From an uncultured Actinomycetes bacterium (GTDB taxonomy: Bacteria > Actinomycetota > UBA4738 > HRBIN12): DNA of 64,000 nt. Below the pieces are notes generated by a model. That model was not told where the DNA came from. It made no database searches and saw nothing but the letters and a program-made list of their open reading frames with translations. Shown here piece after piece: positions 24,554 through 35,411 of the stretch (positions are counted from its first letter, which is position 1; each line of letters starts with the position of its first letter). The stretch covers positions 195,553 through 259,552 of the forward strand of contig CAVRSI010000015.1 in assembly GCA_963723855.1 (NCBI GenBank), read 5' to 3'. A program made the position numbers and the translations under genes.

Positions 24554-26833
24554 GTGGATCCCCGTGCGTTCCTCGCGACGCTGACCGAGGACGACCTCGT
24601 CGCGCCGTCGCTCGTCCACGTCCGGGAGCTGCCCGCGAGAACGCCCGTGATCTCGCCGTTCCCGGGGTGGATCCCACCCCTGGTGCGGGATCGGATGGAA
24701 CTGGTGGGGGTCCGTGGCCTCTATCCGCACCAGGCCGACGGTCTCGAGGTCCTCGCCGCAGACCGGAACCTGATCATGGCGACGGGGACGGCGAGCGGGA
24801 AGACGCTGGTGTACAACCTGGCGTTCGCGGCTGAGGCGGTCGAGCGCCCCACGTCGACCGCCCTCTACCTCTTCCCCACGAAAGCCCTTGCGCGGGACCA
24901 GCTCCGAGCGGTGCGTGCCCTCACGATCCCGCAGATGAAGGCGGCGGTCTACGACGGCGACACGCCGCGCGCGGAGCGGCCGCTGATCAGGAAGAACGCG
25001 AACCTGGTGATGACCAACCCGGACATGCTGCACCTGGCGCTCCTGGCCGACCACGCCCGGTGGGCCGACTTCTTCTTCCGGCTCTCGCTCGTGGTCGTCG
25101 ACGAGGCGCACGTGTGCCGGGGCGTGTTCGGGTCGCACGTGGCCATGGTGCTCCGGCGGCTGCGGCGGATGGTCGCGCACTACGGCGGTTCGCCACGGTG
25201 GATGCTCGCGAGCGCGACGATCGGCAATCCCGGCGAGCTCGCGACCCGCTTGACGGGACTGACGTTCGACGAGGTCGTGGCCGACGCCGCGCCGTCGGGC
25301 GAGAAGCTGTTCGCGCTGTGGAACCCGCCGATCATCGACGAGGACGACGGGACACGGCGGAGCGCGCTCACCGAGGCGTCGTGGCTGATGTCACGGCTCG
25401 TCCAGAACGACATCCGCACGATCGGCTTCACCCGGTCGCGGCGAGCCGCGGAGCTGCTGGCCGAGTTCGCCCGTCGCGACGTGGGCGACGCGCAGAAGCG
25501 CGCGCGGATCAAGTCGTACCGAGCCGGCTACCTGGCCGAGGATCGTCGGAAGCTCGAGCGGGAGCTGGCCAACGGCGAGCTGCTGGCGATCGCGTCGACG
25601 AACGCCCTCGAGCTCGGTATCGACATCGGCTCGCTCGACGCCGCCGTGTTGACCGGCTACCCGGGCACGCGCGCCTCCATGTGGCAACAGGCCGGCCGCG
25701 CCGGGCGCCGGGACGGGGACTCGCTCGCGATGCTGGTGGCGCAGGACGATCCGCTCGACCAGTACCTCGTGCACCATCCCGAGGACCTGTTCGACAAGCC
25801 GGCGGAGGCGGCCGTGATCGATCCGACGAACCCCTACATCCTGGAGCCGCACCTGCGATGCGCGGCGCGCGAGCTGCCGATCCGTGAGGAGGAGCTCGCG
25901 TTCTTCGGGGACGTGCCCGACGTGAGACGGGCGGTCGATCGGATGGTCGAACGCGAGGAACTGGTGCGGCGCAAGGAGACCTGGAACGATCGAGGGCGGG
26001 AGTCCCCGCACCGCTCGGTCGACATCCGCGCCGGGGCCGGGAACATCTATTCGATCGTCATCGGCGAAACGGGCGAGCTGCTGGGCACGGCCGACGAGCA
26101 TCGCGCGTACGCGTCCCTGCACCCCGGGGCCGTGTATCTGCACCAGGGCGATCAGTACCTGGTCGACGAGCTGGACCTCGTGTCGCGCGTCGCCGTCGTG
26201 CACGATGCCGACCCCGACTACTACACGCAGTCGCGCGACATCACCGACATCGAGGTGGTCGACGTCGGCGAGGCGGGCAGGACCGGCGACGTCGATGCGT
26301 TCTTCGGCACCGTGCGCGTCACGAACCAGGTCGTGAGCTACGTGATGAAGCTCGTCTCCACCAACGACGTGATCGACGAGATCCCGCTCCCGCTCCCCCC
26401 GCAGCATCTCGAGACCAAGGCCGTGTGGTGGACGATCCCGCAGGCGATCGTCGATCGAGCGGCCGTCTCGGCGCGCGCCCTCCCGGGCGCCGTGCATGCG
26501 GCCGAGCACGCGGCGATCGGTCTCCTCCCGTTGGTGGCGACGTGCGATCGGTGGGACGTCGGCGGCGTCTCGACGCCGCTGCACCCCGACACCGGGCTCT
26601 GCACGATCTTCATCTACGACGGCTACCCGGGTGGCGCCGGCATCGCCGAGCGCGGGTTCCGCACCGCGGACCGCTGGCTCGCCGCGACGCTCGAAGCGAT
26701 CAAGCGATGTCCCTGCTCGCACGGGTGCCCGTCGTGCGTCCAGTCGCCGAAATGCGGCAACGGCAACGAGCCCCTCGACAAGCAGGGAGCGGCGGCGCTG
26801 CTGGCGGCGATCCTCGGCGACCCGTGGGGATGA
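24554..26833 (+). CDS. DEAD/DEAH-box helicase with a C-terminal DUF1998 zinc module (MrfA/YprA-like)
   Basis: Motif I MATGTASGKT, DEAH-type VVDEAH, and a C-terminal CPCSHGCPSCVQSPKCGNGNEPLDK. GTG 24554 is preferred over the track start at 24500, which overlaps the upstream gene. Confidence 0.8.
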   Translation: MDPRAFLATLTEDDLVAPSLVHVRELPARTPVISPFPGWIPPLVRDRMELVGVRGLYPHQADGLEVLAADRNLIMATGTASGKTLVYNLAFAAEAVERPTSTALYLFPTKALARDQLRAVRALTIPQMKAAVYDGDTPRAERPLIRKNANLVMTNPDMLHLALLADHARWADFFFRLSLVVVDEAHVCRGVFGSHVAMVLRRLRRMVAHYGGSPRWMLASATIGNPGELATRLTGLTFDEVVADAAPSGEKLFALWNPPIIDEDDGTRRSALTEASWLMSRLVQNDIRTIGFTRSRRAAELLAEFARRDVGDAQKRARIKSYRAGYLAEDRRKLERELANGELLAIASTNALELGIDIGSLDAAVLTGYPGTRASMWQQAGRAGRRDGDSLAMLVAQDDPLDQYLVHHPEDLFDKPAEAAVIDPTNPYILEPHLRCAARELPIREEELAFFGDVPDVRRAVDRMVEREELVRRKETWNDRGRESPHRSVDIRAGAGNIYSIVIGETGELLGTADEHRAYASLHPGAVYLHQGDQYLVDELDLVSRVAVVHDADPDYYTQSRDITDIEVVDVGEAGRTGDVDAFFGTVRVTNQVVSYVMKLVSTNDVIDEIPLPLPPQHLETKAVWWTIPQAIVDRAAVSARALPGAVHAAEHAAIGLLPLVATCDRWDVGGVSTPLHPDTGLCTIFIYDGYPGGAGIAERGFRTADRWLAATLEAIKRCPCSHGCPSCVQSPKCGNGNEPLDKQGAAALLAAILGDPWG

Positions 26834-26849
26834 GCGCCCGCGCGGACGG

Positions 26850-27386
26850 CTACTGATCGCGCAGCGCCTCGAGCGCGCGGCCCGCCTGCGCCATGTGGAA
26901 CCGATCGTGGCCGGCGATCATGCGGAAGGCGAGGTCGTAGCTCTCCGGGCCGCGTTCGGCGTGCATGCCCACGCGCTGGCGCTGTTCGCCGCGCGTGCGC
27001 TGCCAGAGCGTGATGTTCGCCAAACGGAGCGCGTCGAACAGGTCCAGCAGGCTGTCGAGGCCGTCATCGTCGACGTGCAGCCGGTCCACCCACAGATCCT
27101 GGTCGTAGCCGATCAACGGCGGCTCGTCGTGCGCGAGCACCCACCGGTAGCGTCCCGACATCACGATCTCGGCATCCGTGATGTGCGCCATGCATTCGAA
27201 CGCCGACCACTCCTTCGGTTCCGGGCGAAGGTAGAGGTCCGGTCCTGCTCCGGCGGCGAGCTGGCGCAGGGTGCCGGGGGTCCTCGCCTGCACTGCGGCG
27301 GGGTCGTCGTCCCCCAGCAGACCGAGCAGGTGGTCCTGATACCCCTTCGGATCCTCGATCGGATCGGGCGACGCCGGGTGTTCCAT
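26850..27386 (-). CDS. DinB-superfamily protein
   Basis: 178 aa: ...WSAFECMAHITDAEIV...MIAGHDRFHMAQAGRALEAL. This shows the DinB-type His pattern. Confidence 0.65.
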   Translation of the reverse strand: MEHPASPDPIEDPKGYQDHLLGLLGDDDPAAVQARTPGTLRQLAAGAGPDLYLRPEPKEWSAFECMAHITDAEIVMSGRYRWVLAHDEPPLIGYDQDLWVDRLHVDDDGLDSLLDLFDALRLANITLWQRTRGEQRQRVGMHAERGPESYDLAFRMIAGHDRFHMAQAGRALEALRDQ

Positions 27387-27400
27387 CTTCGCGATCCTCC

Positions 27401-27907
27401 TTACGAGGGGAGGGTACCGTCGCCGGACGACAGCCGGCGCTCCATCTCGATCTCGTCAGTTATCGGCACGCCGCGGTCGTTCACGAGAGGGATGGAGGGC
27501 TTGAGCTTCCGTGACGCCTCGATCGCGCCTTCGCGGATCTCCACGACCTCGAACCCGTTGGCGAGGTAGAAGCCGATCGCTCGTTCGTTGTCGTTCGTCG
27601 TGATCAGCCGGAGACGCGAGCAGCCGGCCTCGCGAGCCACGCGTGCGACCTCGTTCAGCAGACGCGACCCGTGTCCCCGGCCCTCGACCACCGCGTCGAT
27701 CGTGACGATCTCGCACGCATCCCCATCGATCGCGTAGGTGAGGAGCGCGCCCCGCCTCCCCCCATCGGTGAGGACGAAGCCGGGCAACGAGGCCGGCCGG
27801 AAGACGACGCCGTGACCGACGACGGTCTCGTCCCCCCAGCGTTCCCGGATGAAGTCGCGGACCCAGCCGCGGTCGTCGTCTCCCAGCGGCCGGACGATCG
27901 GGGTCAC
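27401..27907 (-). CDS. GNAT family N-acetyltransferase
   Basis: From GTG 27907 (GTGA overlap with the flippase stop): ...IDAVVEGRGHGSRLLNEVARVAREAGCSRLRLITTNDNERAIGFYLANGFEVV. Confidence 0.75.
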   Translation of the reverse strand: MTPIVRPLGDDDRGWVRDFIRERWGDETVVGHGVVFRPASLPGFVLTDGGRRGALLTYAIDGDACEIVTIDAVVEGRGHGSRLLNEVARVAREAGCSRLRLITTNDNERAIGFYLANGFEVVEIREGAIEASRKLKPSIPLVNDRGVPITDEIEMERRLSSGDGTLPS

Positions 27908-29454
27908 GCGACCGAGGAGCGGTGCAGCAGCCGCATGACCGCGCCCTTCTCGGTCGGCGTCAGACCGAACAGCAGGAACGCGGTGTAGTAGACCAACCCC
28001 CCGACCAGGCCCGTGGCCAGCAGGTCGAGGCCCCACTTCGGACCCTGCAGCATCGAATGGACCACGATCATCGCCGTCGCCCCGATCGCCGTGGGGATCA
28101 GCATGCGCGCGTAGTCGCGGTCGTACGGCTGGATGTGCACGAACCGCCAGACCAGATACAGGCGGAGCATGTTGGAGAACACGAGCGTGCTGGCCTGGGC
28201 GATCGCCGCACCCTCAGGACCCAGGTGCGGGATCAGCAGCAGCGCCATGACGATGTCCAGCACGAACGACAACGAGTACACGATCAGGTCCCACGTCGTG
28301 CGTCCGACCATGATCAGGACGAACCCGGCCGCGCCCACGCTCACGTTCACGGCCTGGCCGACCAACAACGTCCGCAGCCATGCGGTTCCCTCGTCGTAGC
28401 TGGAGCCGAACAGGTGGAGCACCTGCGCGGGGGCGATCAAGAAGAGCAACAACAACGGCACGGTGAGTGCGAGCGTCCACCTGGTGATCGTCTTGAAGAG
28501 TTCGTTCAGCCGCTCCCGCTCGCCCCGTTCGTGGAGATCGGCGACGAACGGGCTGAACATGTACGACACCGCCGTGAGGAACAACACGAGCGCCTGCGAA
28601 ACGCGCACGCACGCCGCGTACACGCTGAGCGACGGATCGCCCTCTGGCAGCTTGATCGACAGCACGAACAGGTCGGTGTAGAAGAGCGCCTGCGACAGCA
28701 GCGCGGCCGGTGCGCGAGGCGCGCCGTACCGGATCAACGCTCGCGACTCGCCCTCCTCCGCCGCGAGATGCTCCTTGAATCGCCCGGACTCCTTGCGCCA
28801 GAAGAACCACGCGACCACGGTCGCGAAGACCCACGACGCCGCGTACGCGAGCACGGTCACGCCGACGGTCTTGTGGAAGGCGCCCCACGCGACGAGCGTG
28901 AACACGATCCAGCTGATCGACTGCCCGATCCAGTACGCGTACAGCGTGTGCTTCATGATCTTCAGGCCGCGGCTGCCGCCCAGGTACACCTGCGCGACCG
29001 CCACGAACACCAGCGCGATGGCCGCCGCGCGGTAGGCGCCGGCTGGCGCGTTCATCAGCGAGGCGATCGCCGGCGCGAACACGAACGCCAACAACCCGAC
29101 GACCAACGACACCGTGAGCGCGATCGTGACCGCGATGCGTACGATCGCCCGCGACCTGCCGCCCGTGCCCTTGCCGACCTCGATCGCGACGCGGCGAACG
29201 GCGGCCATGTCCATCCCGAACCGGGTGGCGGCACCGACCACGAACGCGAGCTGCGTCGCCACGGTGATCTGCCCGAACGCCGCGGACCCCTTGCCGAACG
29301 CCTGCGCGATCAGGATGTTCATCCCGAAGCTGGCGATCACGAAGATGCCCAGCCCGACCACGTTCTGGCCCGTGCCGGCCAGGATCGTCCTGCGGTCCTG
29401 TGAATCGTCGCCGCCCAGACCGAGGGCGTCTCCGAGTCGGTTCGAGGAGCTCAT
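27904..29454 (-). CDS. MOP-superfamily polysaccharide/oligosaccharide flippase (Wzx/MurJ-like)
   Basis: About 516 aa from MSSSNRLGDALG, with roughly 12-14 predicted TM helices and a family-typical layout. Confidence 0.65.
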   Translation of the reverse strand: MSSSNRLGDALGLGGDDSQDRRTILAGTGQNVVGLGIFVIASFGMNILIAQAFGKGSAAFGQITVATQLAFVVGAATRFGMDMAAVRRVAIEVGKGTGGRSRAIVRIAVTIALTVSLVVGLLAFVFAPAIASLMNAPAGAYRAAAIALVFVAVAQVYLGGSRGLKIMKHTLYAYWIGQSISWIVFTLVAWGAFHKTVGVTVLAYAASWVFATVVAWFFWRKESGRFKEHLAAEEGESRALIRYGAPRAPAALLSQALFYTDLFVLSIKLPEGDPSLSVYAACVRVSQALVLFLTAVSYMFSPFVADLHERGERERLNELFKTITRWTLALTVPLLLLFLIAPAQVLHLFGSSYDEGTAWLRTLLVGQAVNVSVGAAGFVLIMVGRTTWDLIVYSLSFVLDIVMALLLIPHLGPEGAAIAQASTLVFSNMLRLYLVWRFVHIQPYDRDYARMLIPTAIGATAMIVVHSMLQGPKWGLDLLATGLVGGLVYYTAFLLFGLTPTEKGAVMRLLHRSSVA

Positions 29455-29729
29455 GTGCGCCAAGTATGGCCGCCGATCGCCTCCTGATGGTGGCACTCGT
29501 CCCGTTCCGGATCCGCGACGTCACCTGACGCGCACGGAACCGTCAACTCCGTCACGAAGTCGTCACGTCCTCAACACGGATCGAACACCTCTTCCGCGGA
29601 TGGCGAACATACGGTGTGGCCATGAAGCTCTTCGGCGCATTCCACCGCCTCCGGCATCGGTGGAGACGATGGCGCTACTACCGGCGGTACCCGTGGCATC
29701 GCCCCACCGGGTGAACGAGTGCTGCGGGC

Positions 29730-31214
29730 TCACATCGAGTGGAAGGTCGGGGCCAGCGCCGGGTACAGCGCCCGGTATCGGGCATACCGTTCGCGATACG
29801 CCTCGAACGATGGCGAGGGCTCGACCGGTTCCCCGAGCGTCACGACCTGCCGACACACGTCTTCCACGGTCGCGAACCATCCCGCGCCAACCCCCGCGAG
29901 CATGGCCGCTCCTTGCGCCGCGCCCTCCGACGTCGCGGTCGTGACGACCGTCGCCTCCAGCACGTCGGCGAGGATCTGGCGCCACAACGGGCTCGTGCTA
30001 CCGCCGCCCGTCGCCCGTATCTCCTCGAACCCGCTCAGGCCGACCGACCGCATAAGCTCGAGCGAGTCCCGCAGTCCGAACGCCACACCCTCCAAGACGG
30101 AGCGCGTCATGTGCGACCGGCCGTGATGGGTCGTGAGGCCGATGAATCCGCCGCGGGCGCGCGGATCCGGGTATGGCGTCCGCTCCCCCGACAGGTACGG
30201 CAGGAAGAGCAAGCCGTCGCTCCCGGGAGGCACGCTGTTCGCCTCGTCGACGAGCGCCGTGAACGTCACGCCCGGGGCGAGCGCGTCCCTGAACCACCGG
30301 AGGCTGCCGGCCGCCGACAACATCACACCCATGACGTGCCATCGCTCCGGCACCGCGTGACAGAACGAATGGAGGCGGCCCTCAGGATCGATGAGCGGTC
30401 CGTCGGTCGTGGCGAACACGACCCCGGACGTTCCGAGCGAGAGGGACACGACACCGGGCAGCACGGCTCCGACACCCACGGCGGCGGCGGCCTGATCGCC
30501 TCCGCCCGCGACCACCGGCGTTCCCGCGCACAGTCCGGTCGCCTCCGCGGCCTCCGAAGAGATCACGCCGGTGATCGCCGGCCCTTCGTACGTCCGGGGG
30601 AGCCACGCACTGTCGATCCCGAGCGCCTCGACCACTTCGTCCGACCAGTCGCGCGCCGCGAGGTCGAACAGCAGGGTTCCGGAGCCGTCGGCCCGGTCGA
30701 CGGCATGATCGCCCGTCAATCGGAGCCGCACGAAATCCTTCGGCAGCAGGATGTGCGCGATCCCGGACCACACGTCGGGTTCGTTGCGCCGCACCCATAG
30801 GAGCTTGGGTGCCGTGAAACCTGGGAGCGCGTCGTTGCCGGTGGTCGCGATCAGCCGGTCCCTGCCGATCGTCTCCCGGATCAGATCGCACTCGGCCTCG
30901 GTTCGTTGGTCGTTCCACAGGATGGCCGGGCGCAGGACCCGGTCGTCACCGTCGAGGGCGACCAACCCATGCATCTGACCGGCGAGCCCCACGGCCTCGA
31001 CTCCCTCACCGCGGATCCCCGAGTCGGCGAGCACGCTCCGGATCGCGTGAACCGCGCCGTCCCACCAGAGCTGCGGATCCTGCTCGCTCCACAGCGGTTG
31101 AGGCGTCTCGAACCGGTACTCGGGGCACGAGGCCGCGCGGACGTCACCCCCGGCGTCCAGGAGCACCGCCTTCGTGGCCGTGGTGGACACATCGAGACCG
31201 ATGACGTGGCTCAA
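29730..31214 (-). CDS. xylB: Xylulokinase
   Basis: From TTG 31214 (TTGA overlap, GGGAGG SD): [20 protein letters not shown]...GLAGQMHGLVALD...ILWNDQRT...GGGDQAAAAVGVG...GERTPY...ATGGGSTSPLWRQILADVL. The rest of track ORF 29730..31784 is an out-of-gene extension. Confidence 0.85.
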   Translation of the reverse strand: MSHVIGLDVSTTATKAVLLDAGGDVRAASCPEYRFETPQPLWSEQDPQLWWDGAVHAIRSVLADSGIRGEGVEAVGLAGQMHGLVALDGDDRVLRPAILWNDQRTEAECDLIRETIGRDRLIATTGNDALPGFTAPKLLWVRRNEPDVWSGIAHILLPKDFVRLRLTGDHAVDRADGSGTLLFDLAARDWSDEVVEALGIDSAWLPRTYEGPAITGVISSEAAEATGLCAGTPVVAGGGDQAAAAVGVGAVLPGVVSLSLGTSGVVFATTDGPLIDPEGRLHSFCHAVPERWHVMGVMLSAAGSLRWFRDALAPGVTFTALVDEANSVPPGSDGLLFLPYLSGERTPYPDPRARGGFIGLTTHHGRSHMTRSVLEGVAFGLRDSLELMRSVGLSGFEEIRATGGGSTSPLWRQILADVLEATVVTTATSEGAAQGAAMLAGVGAGWFATVEDVCRQVVTLGEPVEPSPSFEAYRERYARYRALYPALAPTFHSM

Positions 31215-32044
31215 GCGCCTCCCGCCCGCCGCAGGATCCAGCGTTCGCGATGTGATGCCACGCCCTCCGGCGCCACCTCTCGGAGCGGACCGAGCGACTC
31301 GAGCTCGCAGAAGTCGTCGCAGACGAAGACCTGGATCACGGCGCCGAAGTCCGCGTGCAACGCGGTCGGATCGAGGTCGACGTGCTTCTCGAACACGTGT
31401 CCACCTCGCCGATACGACACGCGTCCCCGGCTGGGCGCAACCCCGATCTTCAGCCGCGCCCCGGGCGCGGCGTCGACGCGGAACTCGTCCGGGCGCAGGT
31501 GCAGACGAGGGTCGCCGGGGTCGGTGTACGGCCACAGCACCAGCGAGCGGTCGGCCTGCGGCCCCCTCGATCCCGTCGAGGCCGGAACGACGACCTCCCC
31601 GCCAGGAGGGAACTGCGTGATCGCCCACGGCGCGAGGGTGGTGGCGAAGCCGGAACCGTTGCGGATGTGGTGATCGACGATCCATCCGGCCTCGGACCGG
31701 CGGACCTCGATGATCTTGACCAGTCCCGCCCCGTCCGCCGACGCTTCGACCCTGACTCCCCCCTCGATCTCGGTTGCGACGCACGGGCGATCGTCGGGCT
31801 CGTAGGTGATCGACGGGACCTCGGGCCCCGCCCAGAGGCGATGCCCGCCGAGCAACCGGAAGGGCGGCCCTTCGGCCCGATCGAGCGTCGCGTCCGGCAG
31901 AACCGCAAGCACGTTGTCCTCGTCACCGTCTCGGAACAGGCCGATGATCCTCGGACCCACCGACGTGCTCACGATGGCCGCGTCGGATCCATCTCCCAAC
32001 CGGACGCACGCATGTCCCGCGAACGCGACGACCTCGAGCGTCAC
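31211..32044 (-). CDS. Hypothetical beta-sandwich protein between xylA and xylB (possibly aldose-epimerase-like)
   Basis: 277 aa from GTG 32044 (GTGA overlap with the xylA stop): [36 protein letters not shown]...[12 protein letters not shown]... The functional guess comes only from context and loose sequence resemblance. Confidence 0.4.
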   Translation of the reverse strand: MTLEVVAFAGHACVRLGDGSDAAIVSTSVGPRIIGLFRDGDEDNVLAVLPDATLDRAEGPPFRLLGGHRLWAGPEVPSITYEPDDRPCVATEIEGGVRVEASADGAGLVKIIEVRRSEAGWIVDHHIRNGSGFATTLAPWAITQFPPGGEVVVPASTGSRGPQADRSLVLWPYTDPGDPRLHLRPDEFRVDAAPGARLKIGVAPSRGRVSYRRGGHVFEKHVDLDPTALHADFGAVIQVFVCDDFCELESLGPLREVAPEGVASHRERWILRRAGGA

Positions 32045-33204
32045 CGAGCGCCGAGCAGCAGATCGATCGTCAGCTGATCGAGCTCCTCGTACGGCTGCCC
32101 ACGAGCGGCGAGGGCGCCCCGGTCGAACTCGATCTCGCTCAACGCGGCGGCATGCTCCGCCGAGTATCCGCTGAGGTACGTCGTCATCGATCCGTCGTCG
32201 CCGTACGCGGCGGCGACCAACGCCTGGATGTCGGGGTCGGCGTTCCACCGCTCGGCCTTCTCCTTGAGGATCAGGTACGTCCGCATGCATCCGCGCGCGA
32301 ACGCCTTCACGTCCTCGTAGTCCGACGTGCGATACGCGTGCGCGTCGAAGTGCCGGCTCCCGGTGTAGCCCACGTCCTCAAGGAACTTCACCAGGAAGAA
32401 CGCCGCCTTTGGGTTGCCGGAGCCGAACCGGAGGTCCTGGTCGTAACGGCCCGGGATCTGGTCGTTCAGGTCGATATGGAACAGCTTGCCCATCGACCAG
32501 GCCTGCGCCACGTGGTGCGTCGAGTTCAGCCCGGCCATGTGCTCGTGCGCGACCTCGGGGTTCACGCCCACCATCTCGCCGTGCTCCAGCGTGGCGATGA
32601 ACGCGAGCATCGCGCCCGTCGTGGGGAGGTATATGTCGCCGCGCGGCTCGTTCGGCTTGGGCTCCAGTGCGAACCGCAGGTCGTACCCTTGGTCCTTCAC
32701 GTACGCGCACAGGAAGTTGATGGCATCCGCGTACCAGCCGAGCGCGCGGAGCGGGTCCTTGGAGGAATCGGTCTCGACGCCCTCGCGTCCACCCCAGAAC
32801 ACGTACGTCGTCGCGCCCAGCTCCACGCCCAGGTCGATCGCGCGCATCGTCTTCTGCAACGCGTATGCCCGCACCTTGGGATCGCTCGCGGTGAACGCCC
32901 CGTCGCGGAAGACAGGGTCGCGGAACAGATTGGTCGTCGCCATGGGCACGACCAGGCCGGTCGCGTCCAGCGCCTTCTTGAAATCGGCCACGATCTGGTC
33001 GCGCTCGTGTGCGCTCGCGTCGATAGGCACCAGGTCGTTGTCGTGGAAGTTCACGCCCCACGCGCCGACCTCGGCCAGCAGCTCCACCAGTTGCACAGGC
33101 GAGAGCTTGTCGCGGACGGGTTCGCCGAACGGGTCGATGCCCGGGTTGCCGACGGTCCACAGGCCGAACGTGAAGCGATGCTCCGCTTTCGGTTCGTACG
33201 TCAT
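32041..33204 (-). CDS. xylA: Xylose isomerase (class I, actinobacterial type)
   Basis: 387 aa: [29 protein letters not shown]...FHDNDL...VFWGGREG...[18 protein letters not shown]...[14 protein letters not shown]...FHIDLNDQ. Confidence 0.95.
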   Translation of the reverse strand: MTYEPKAEHRFTFGLWTVGNPGIDPFGEPVRDKLSPVQLVELLAEVGAWGVNFHDNDLVPIDASAHERDQIVADFKKALDATGLVVPMATTNLFRDPVFRDGAFTASDPKVRAYALQKTMRAIDLGVELGATTYVFWGGREGVETDSSKDPLRALGWYADAINFLCAYVKDQGYDLRFALEPKPNEPRGDIYLPTTGAMLAFIATLEHGEMVGVNPEVAHEHMAGLNSTHHVAQAWSMGKLFHIDLNDQIPGRYDQDLRFGSGNPKAAFFLVKFLEDVGYTGSRHFDAHAYRTSDYEDVKAFARGCMRTYLILKEKAERWNADPDIQALVAAAYGDDGSMTTYLSGYSAEHAAALSEIEFDRGALAARGQPYEELDQLTIDLLLGAR

Positions 33205-33219
33205 GGCGCTCTCCTTCGA

Positions 33220-34005
33220 TCAGTGGAGCTCGGCGAGATCCTTCTGGGTCACTTCACCCGGCTTCTTCCCCAGGATGATCATCGCCAGGACCTCGTCCGT
33301 GGTCACGTCTTCCTTCTTGACCGTCCCGACCAGCTTGCCTTGGAGCATCACGCTGATCCGATCGGACAGGTCGAACACGTCGTGGATGTCGTGGCTGATC
33401 AGGAAGATGCCGATCCCCTCATGCTGGAGCTGCCGGATCAGCTCGCGCACCTGATTCGTCTCTGCGGGCCCGAGCGCCGCGGTCGGCTCGTCCATGATCA
33501 GGATCCGCGCGTTGAAATGGACGGCCCGCGCGATCGCGACGGACTGGCGCTGCCCACCTGACAATGAGGCCACCGGGACCACGAAGTTCTTGAACTTCGG
33601 GTTCAGCCGGTTCATCAGCTTGCGCGTGGCGTCCTCCATCGCGCTGTCGTCGAGGTTGCCGAAGCGCGTCGTCAGCTCCCGCCCGAGGAACACGTTCGCG
33701 GGGGCGTCGACGTTGTCCGCCAATGCGAGCGTCTGATAGATCGTTTCGACACCGAGGGATTTGGCGTCGCGCGGGCTGGTGATCGTCACGGGTTCGCCGT
33801 TGATCAGGACCGTGCCCGAGTCGGCGGGGTGCGCACCCGAGAGCGTGCGGATCAGCGTCGTCTTGCCCGCGCCGTTGCCGCCGACCAGACCCACGACCTC
33901 GCCGGGGTACAGGTCCACGGTCACGTCGTCGACCGCGTGGACACCTCCGAACGCCACGCGGATGTTGCGCAGCTCGACCAATGGTGCATCCGTCCGCTCC
34001 GTCAC
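33220..34005 (-). CDS. xylG: Sugar (probably xylose) ABC transporter ATP-binding protein, single-cassette
   Basis: From GTG 34005 (GTGA overlap): Walker [10 protein letters not shown], signature LSGGQRQ and Walker [12 protein letters not shown]. It lies in the xyl locus. Confidence 0.7.
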   Translation of the reverse strand: MTERTDAPLVELRNIRVAFGGVHAVDDVTVDLYPGEVVGLVGGNGAGKTTLIRTLSGAHPADSGTVLINGEPVTITSPRDAKSLGVETIYQTLALADNVDAPANVFLGRELTTRFGNLDDSAMEDATRKLMNRLNPKFKNFVVPVASLSGGQRQSVAIARAVHFNARILIMDEPTAALGPAETNQVRELIRQLQHEGIGIFLISHDIHDVFDLSDRISVMLQGKLVGTVKKEDVTTDEVLAMIILGKKPGEVTQKDLAELH

Positions 34006-35330
34006 TTGGCGGATCTCCTCCGGACGATGGTGTCGAGTGCAACGGCGACGACCAGGACGACGCCCACGACGATGTCCTGCAGCGGTGCCTCGATCCCCAT
34101 CAGGACCATGCCGGACACGAGGGACTGCATCACGAGCGCCCCGAGCACCGCCCCGGAGACCGTGCCGATCCCGCCGCTGAACGATGTGCCGCCGATCACG
34201 GCCGCGGCGATCACGTTCAGCTCCATGCCCGTGCCCAGGCTGCTGACGGCGGCGTTCAGGCGGGCGATCTGCACCGCGGCGGCGAGCCCGACCAGGAACC
34301 CCATCAGGGCGAACGTCTTGACGATCGTTCGCTTCGTCTTGATGCCGGCGAGCTCGGCCGCTTCGGGGTTGCCCCCGATGCCGTAGACGTAGCGCCCGAA
34401 CCGGCGGCGGGTCGCGATGAACGTCATCACGATCGCCGTGCCGACCGCGATCAGGACCGGGATCGCCAGACCGAGTGGGATATCGGTGCCGGGCGGCTCG
34501 CCCCGCTGTGCGACGAGACCCTCGGGCAGGTAGTAGCGGTTCAGGTACCAGATCGCCAGCAGCACCGCGCCGCACGCGAAGGCGCCGAGCGCGACCTCGG
34601 CCCACATCGGTCGCAGGCCGAAGCCGTACCGGGCGCGCTGCCGTCGCCGCATCACCTGCATCGCCACGATCCCGCCGCACGCGAGCAGCCCGACGACCCA
34701 GCTCATGGTCCCACCGATCGTCCCGTCGGCGCCCCCGCCGAGGCGCCGGAACAGCGTGTCCATCGGCGCGATCGTTTGTCCGCTGGCGGTCCACCACGCG
34801 ACCCCGCGCCACACCAGGAACCCCCCGAGGGTCACGATGAACGAAGGGACGCCGACGTACGCGACGATCGCCCCCTGGAACGCGCCGATCGCGGCTCCCA
34901 GAGCCAGGCCGATCACCACCGCGATGATCCACGTCGCCGGGTGGTCGATCCTCAGCAGGTTCGGCAGCCAATCGTGTTGGACGACCGCCATGACCATGCC
35001 CACCGCGGCCATCACGGCGCCGACCGAGAGGTCGATGTTGCGGGTCACGATGATCAGGACCATCCCGGTCGCCATGATCGCGACGACCGAGGTCTGGACC
35101 GACAGGTTCCACAGGTTCCGCGGGGTGAGGAACGTGTGGCCCGGGGTGATGATCTGGAAGGCGATCCAGATGATCGCCAGAGCAGCCAGCATCCCGACGA
35201 GCCGGGCATCGATCTCGACCGACCGCAGCAGCGACCTGAACGAGCGAGCCTCCGCTTCCTCCCGCTCGGGGGCCGGAGCCGTCTGTGTAGGCCCGGGCGC
35301 CGTTACTTCGGTCTCAGCCACGCGCTCCAT
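34002..35330 (-). CDS. xylH: Sugar (probably xylose) ABC transporter permease
   Basis: A multi-TM CUT2-type permease (...[16 protein letters not shown]...[14 protein letters not shown]...). The start is taken at MERVAETEV; the track ORF starts at 35369. Confidence 0.7.
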   Translation of the reverse strand: MERVAETEVTAPGPTQTAPAPEREEAEARSFRSLLRSVEIDARLVGMLAALAIIWIAFQIITPGHTFLTPRNLWNLSVQTSVVAIMATGMVLIIVTRNIDLSVGAVMAAVGMVMAVVQHDWLPNLLRIDHPATWIIAVVIGLALGAAIGAFQGAIVAYVGVPSFIVTLGGFLVWRGVAWWTASGQTIAPMDTLFRRLGGGADGTIGGTMSWVVGLLACGGIVAMQVMRRRQRARYGFGLRPMWAEVALGAFACGAVLLAIWYLNRYYLPEGLVAQRGEPPGTDIPLGLAIPVLIAVGTAIVMTFIATRRRFGRYVYGIGGNPEAAELAGIKTKRTIVKTFALMGFLVGLAAAVQIARLNAAVSSLGTGMELNVIAAAVIGGTSFSGGIGTVSGAVLGALVMQSLVSGMVLMGIEAPLQDIVVGVVLVVAVALDTIVRRRSAK

Positions 35331-35411
35331 CCTATGCCCACCGTGGCCGGCGCCCCGCACGGGCATCAACCCGTGCGGGGCGCCTGCCGAACGATCAGGC
35401 TTCGGTCAGCG

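Noticed and set aside
29622-29714. A 30-aa plus-strand ORF, MKLFGAFHRLRHRWRRWRYYRRYPWHRPTG, in the 275-nt gap between xylB and the flippase gene.
   Set aside because: Its Arg/Trp-rich composition is what random GC-rich frames give. It has no SD, and I know of no conserved family it would match.
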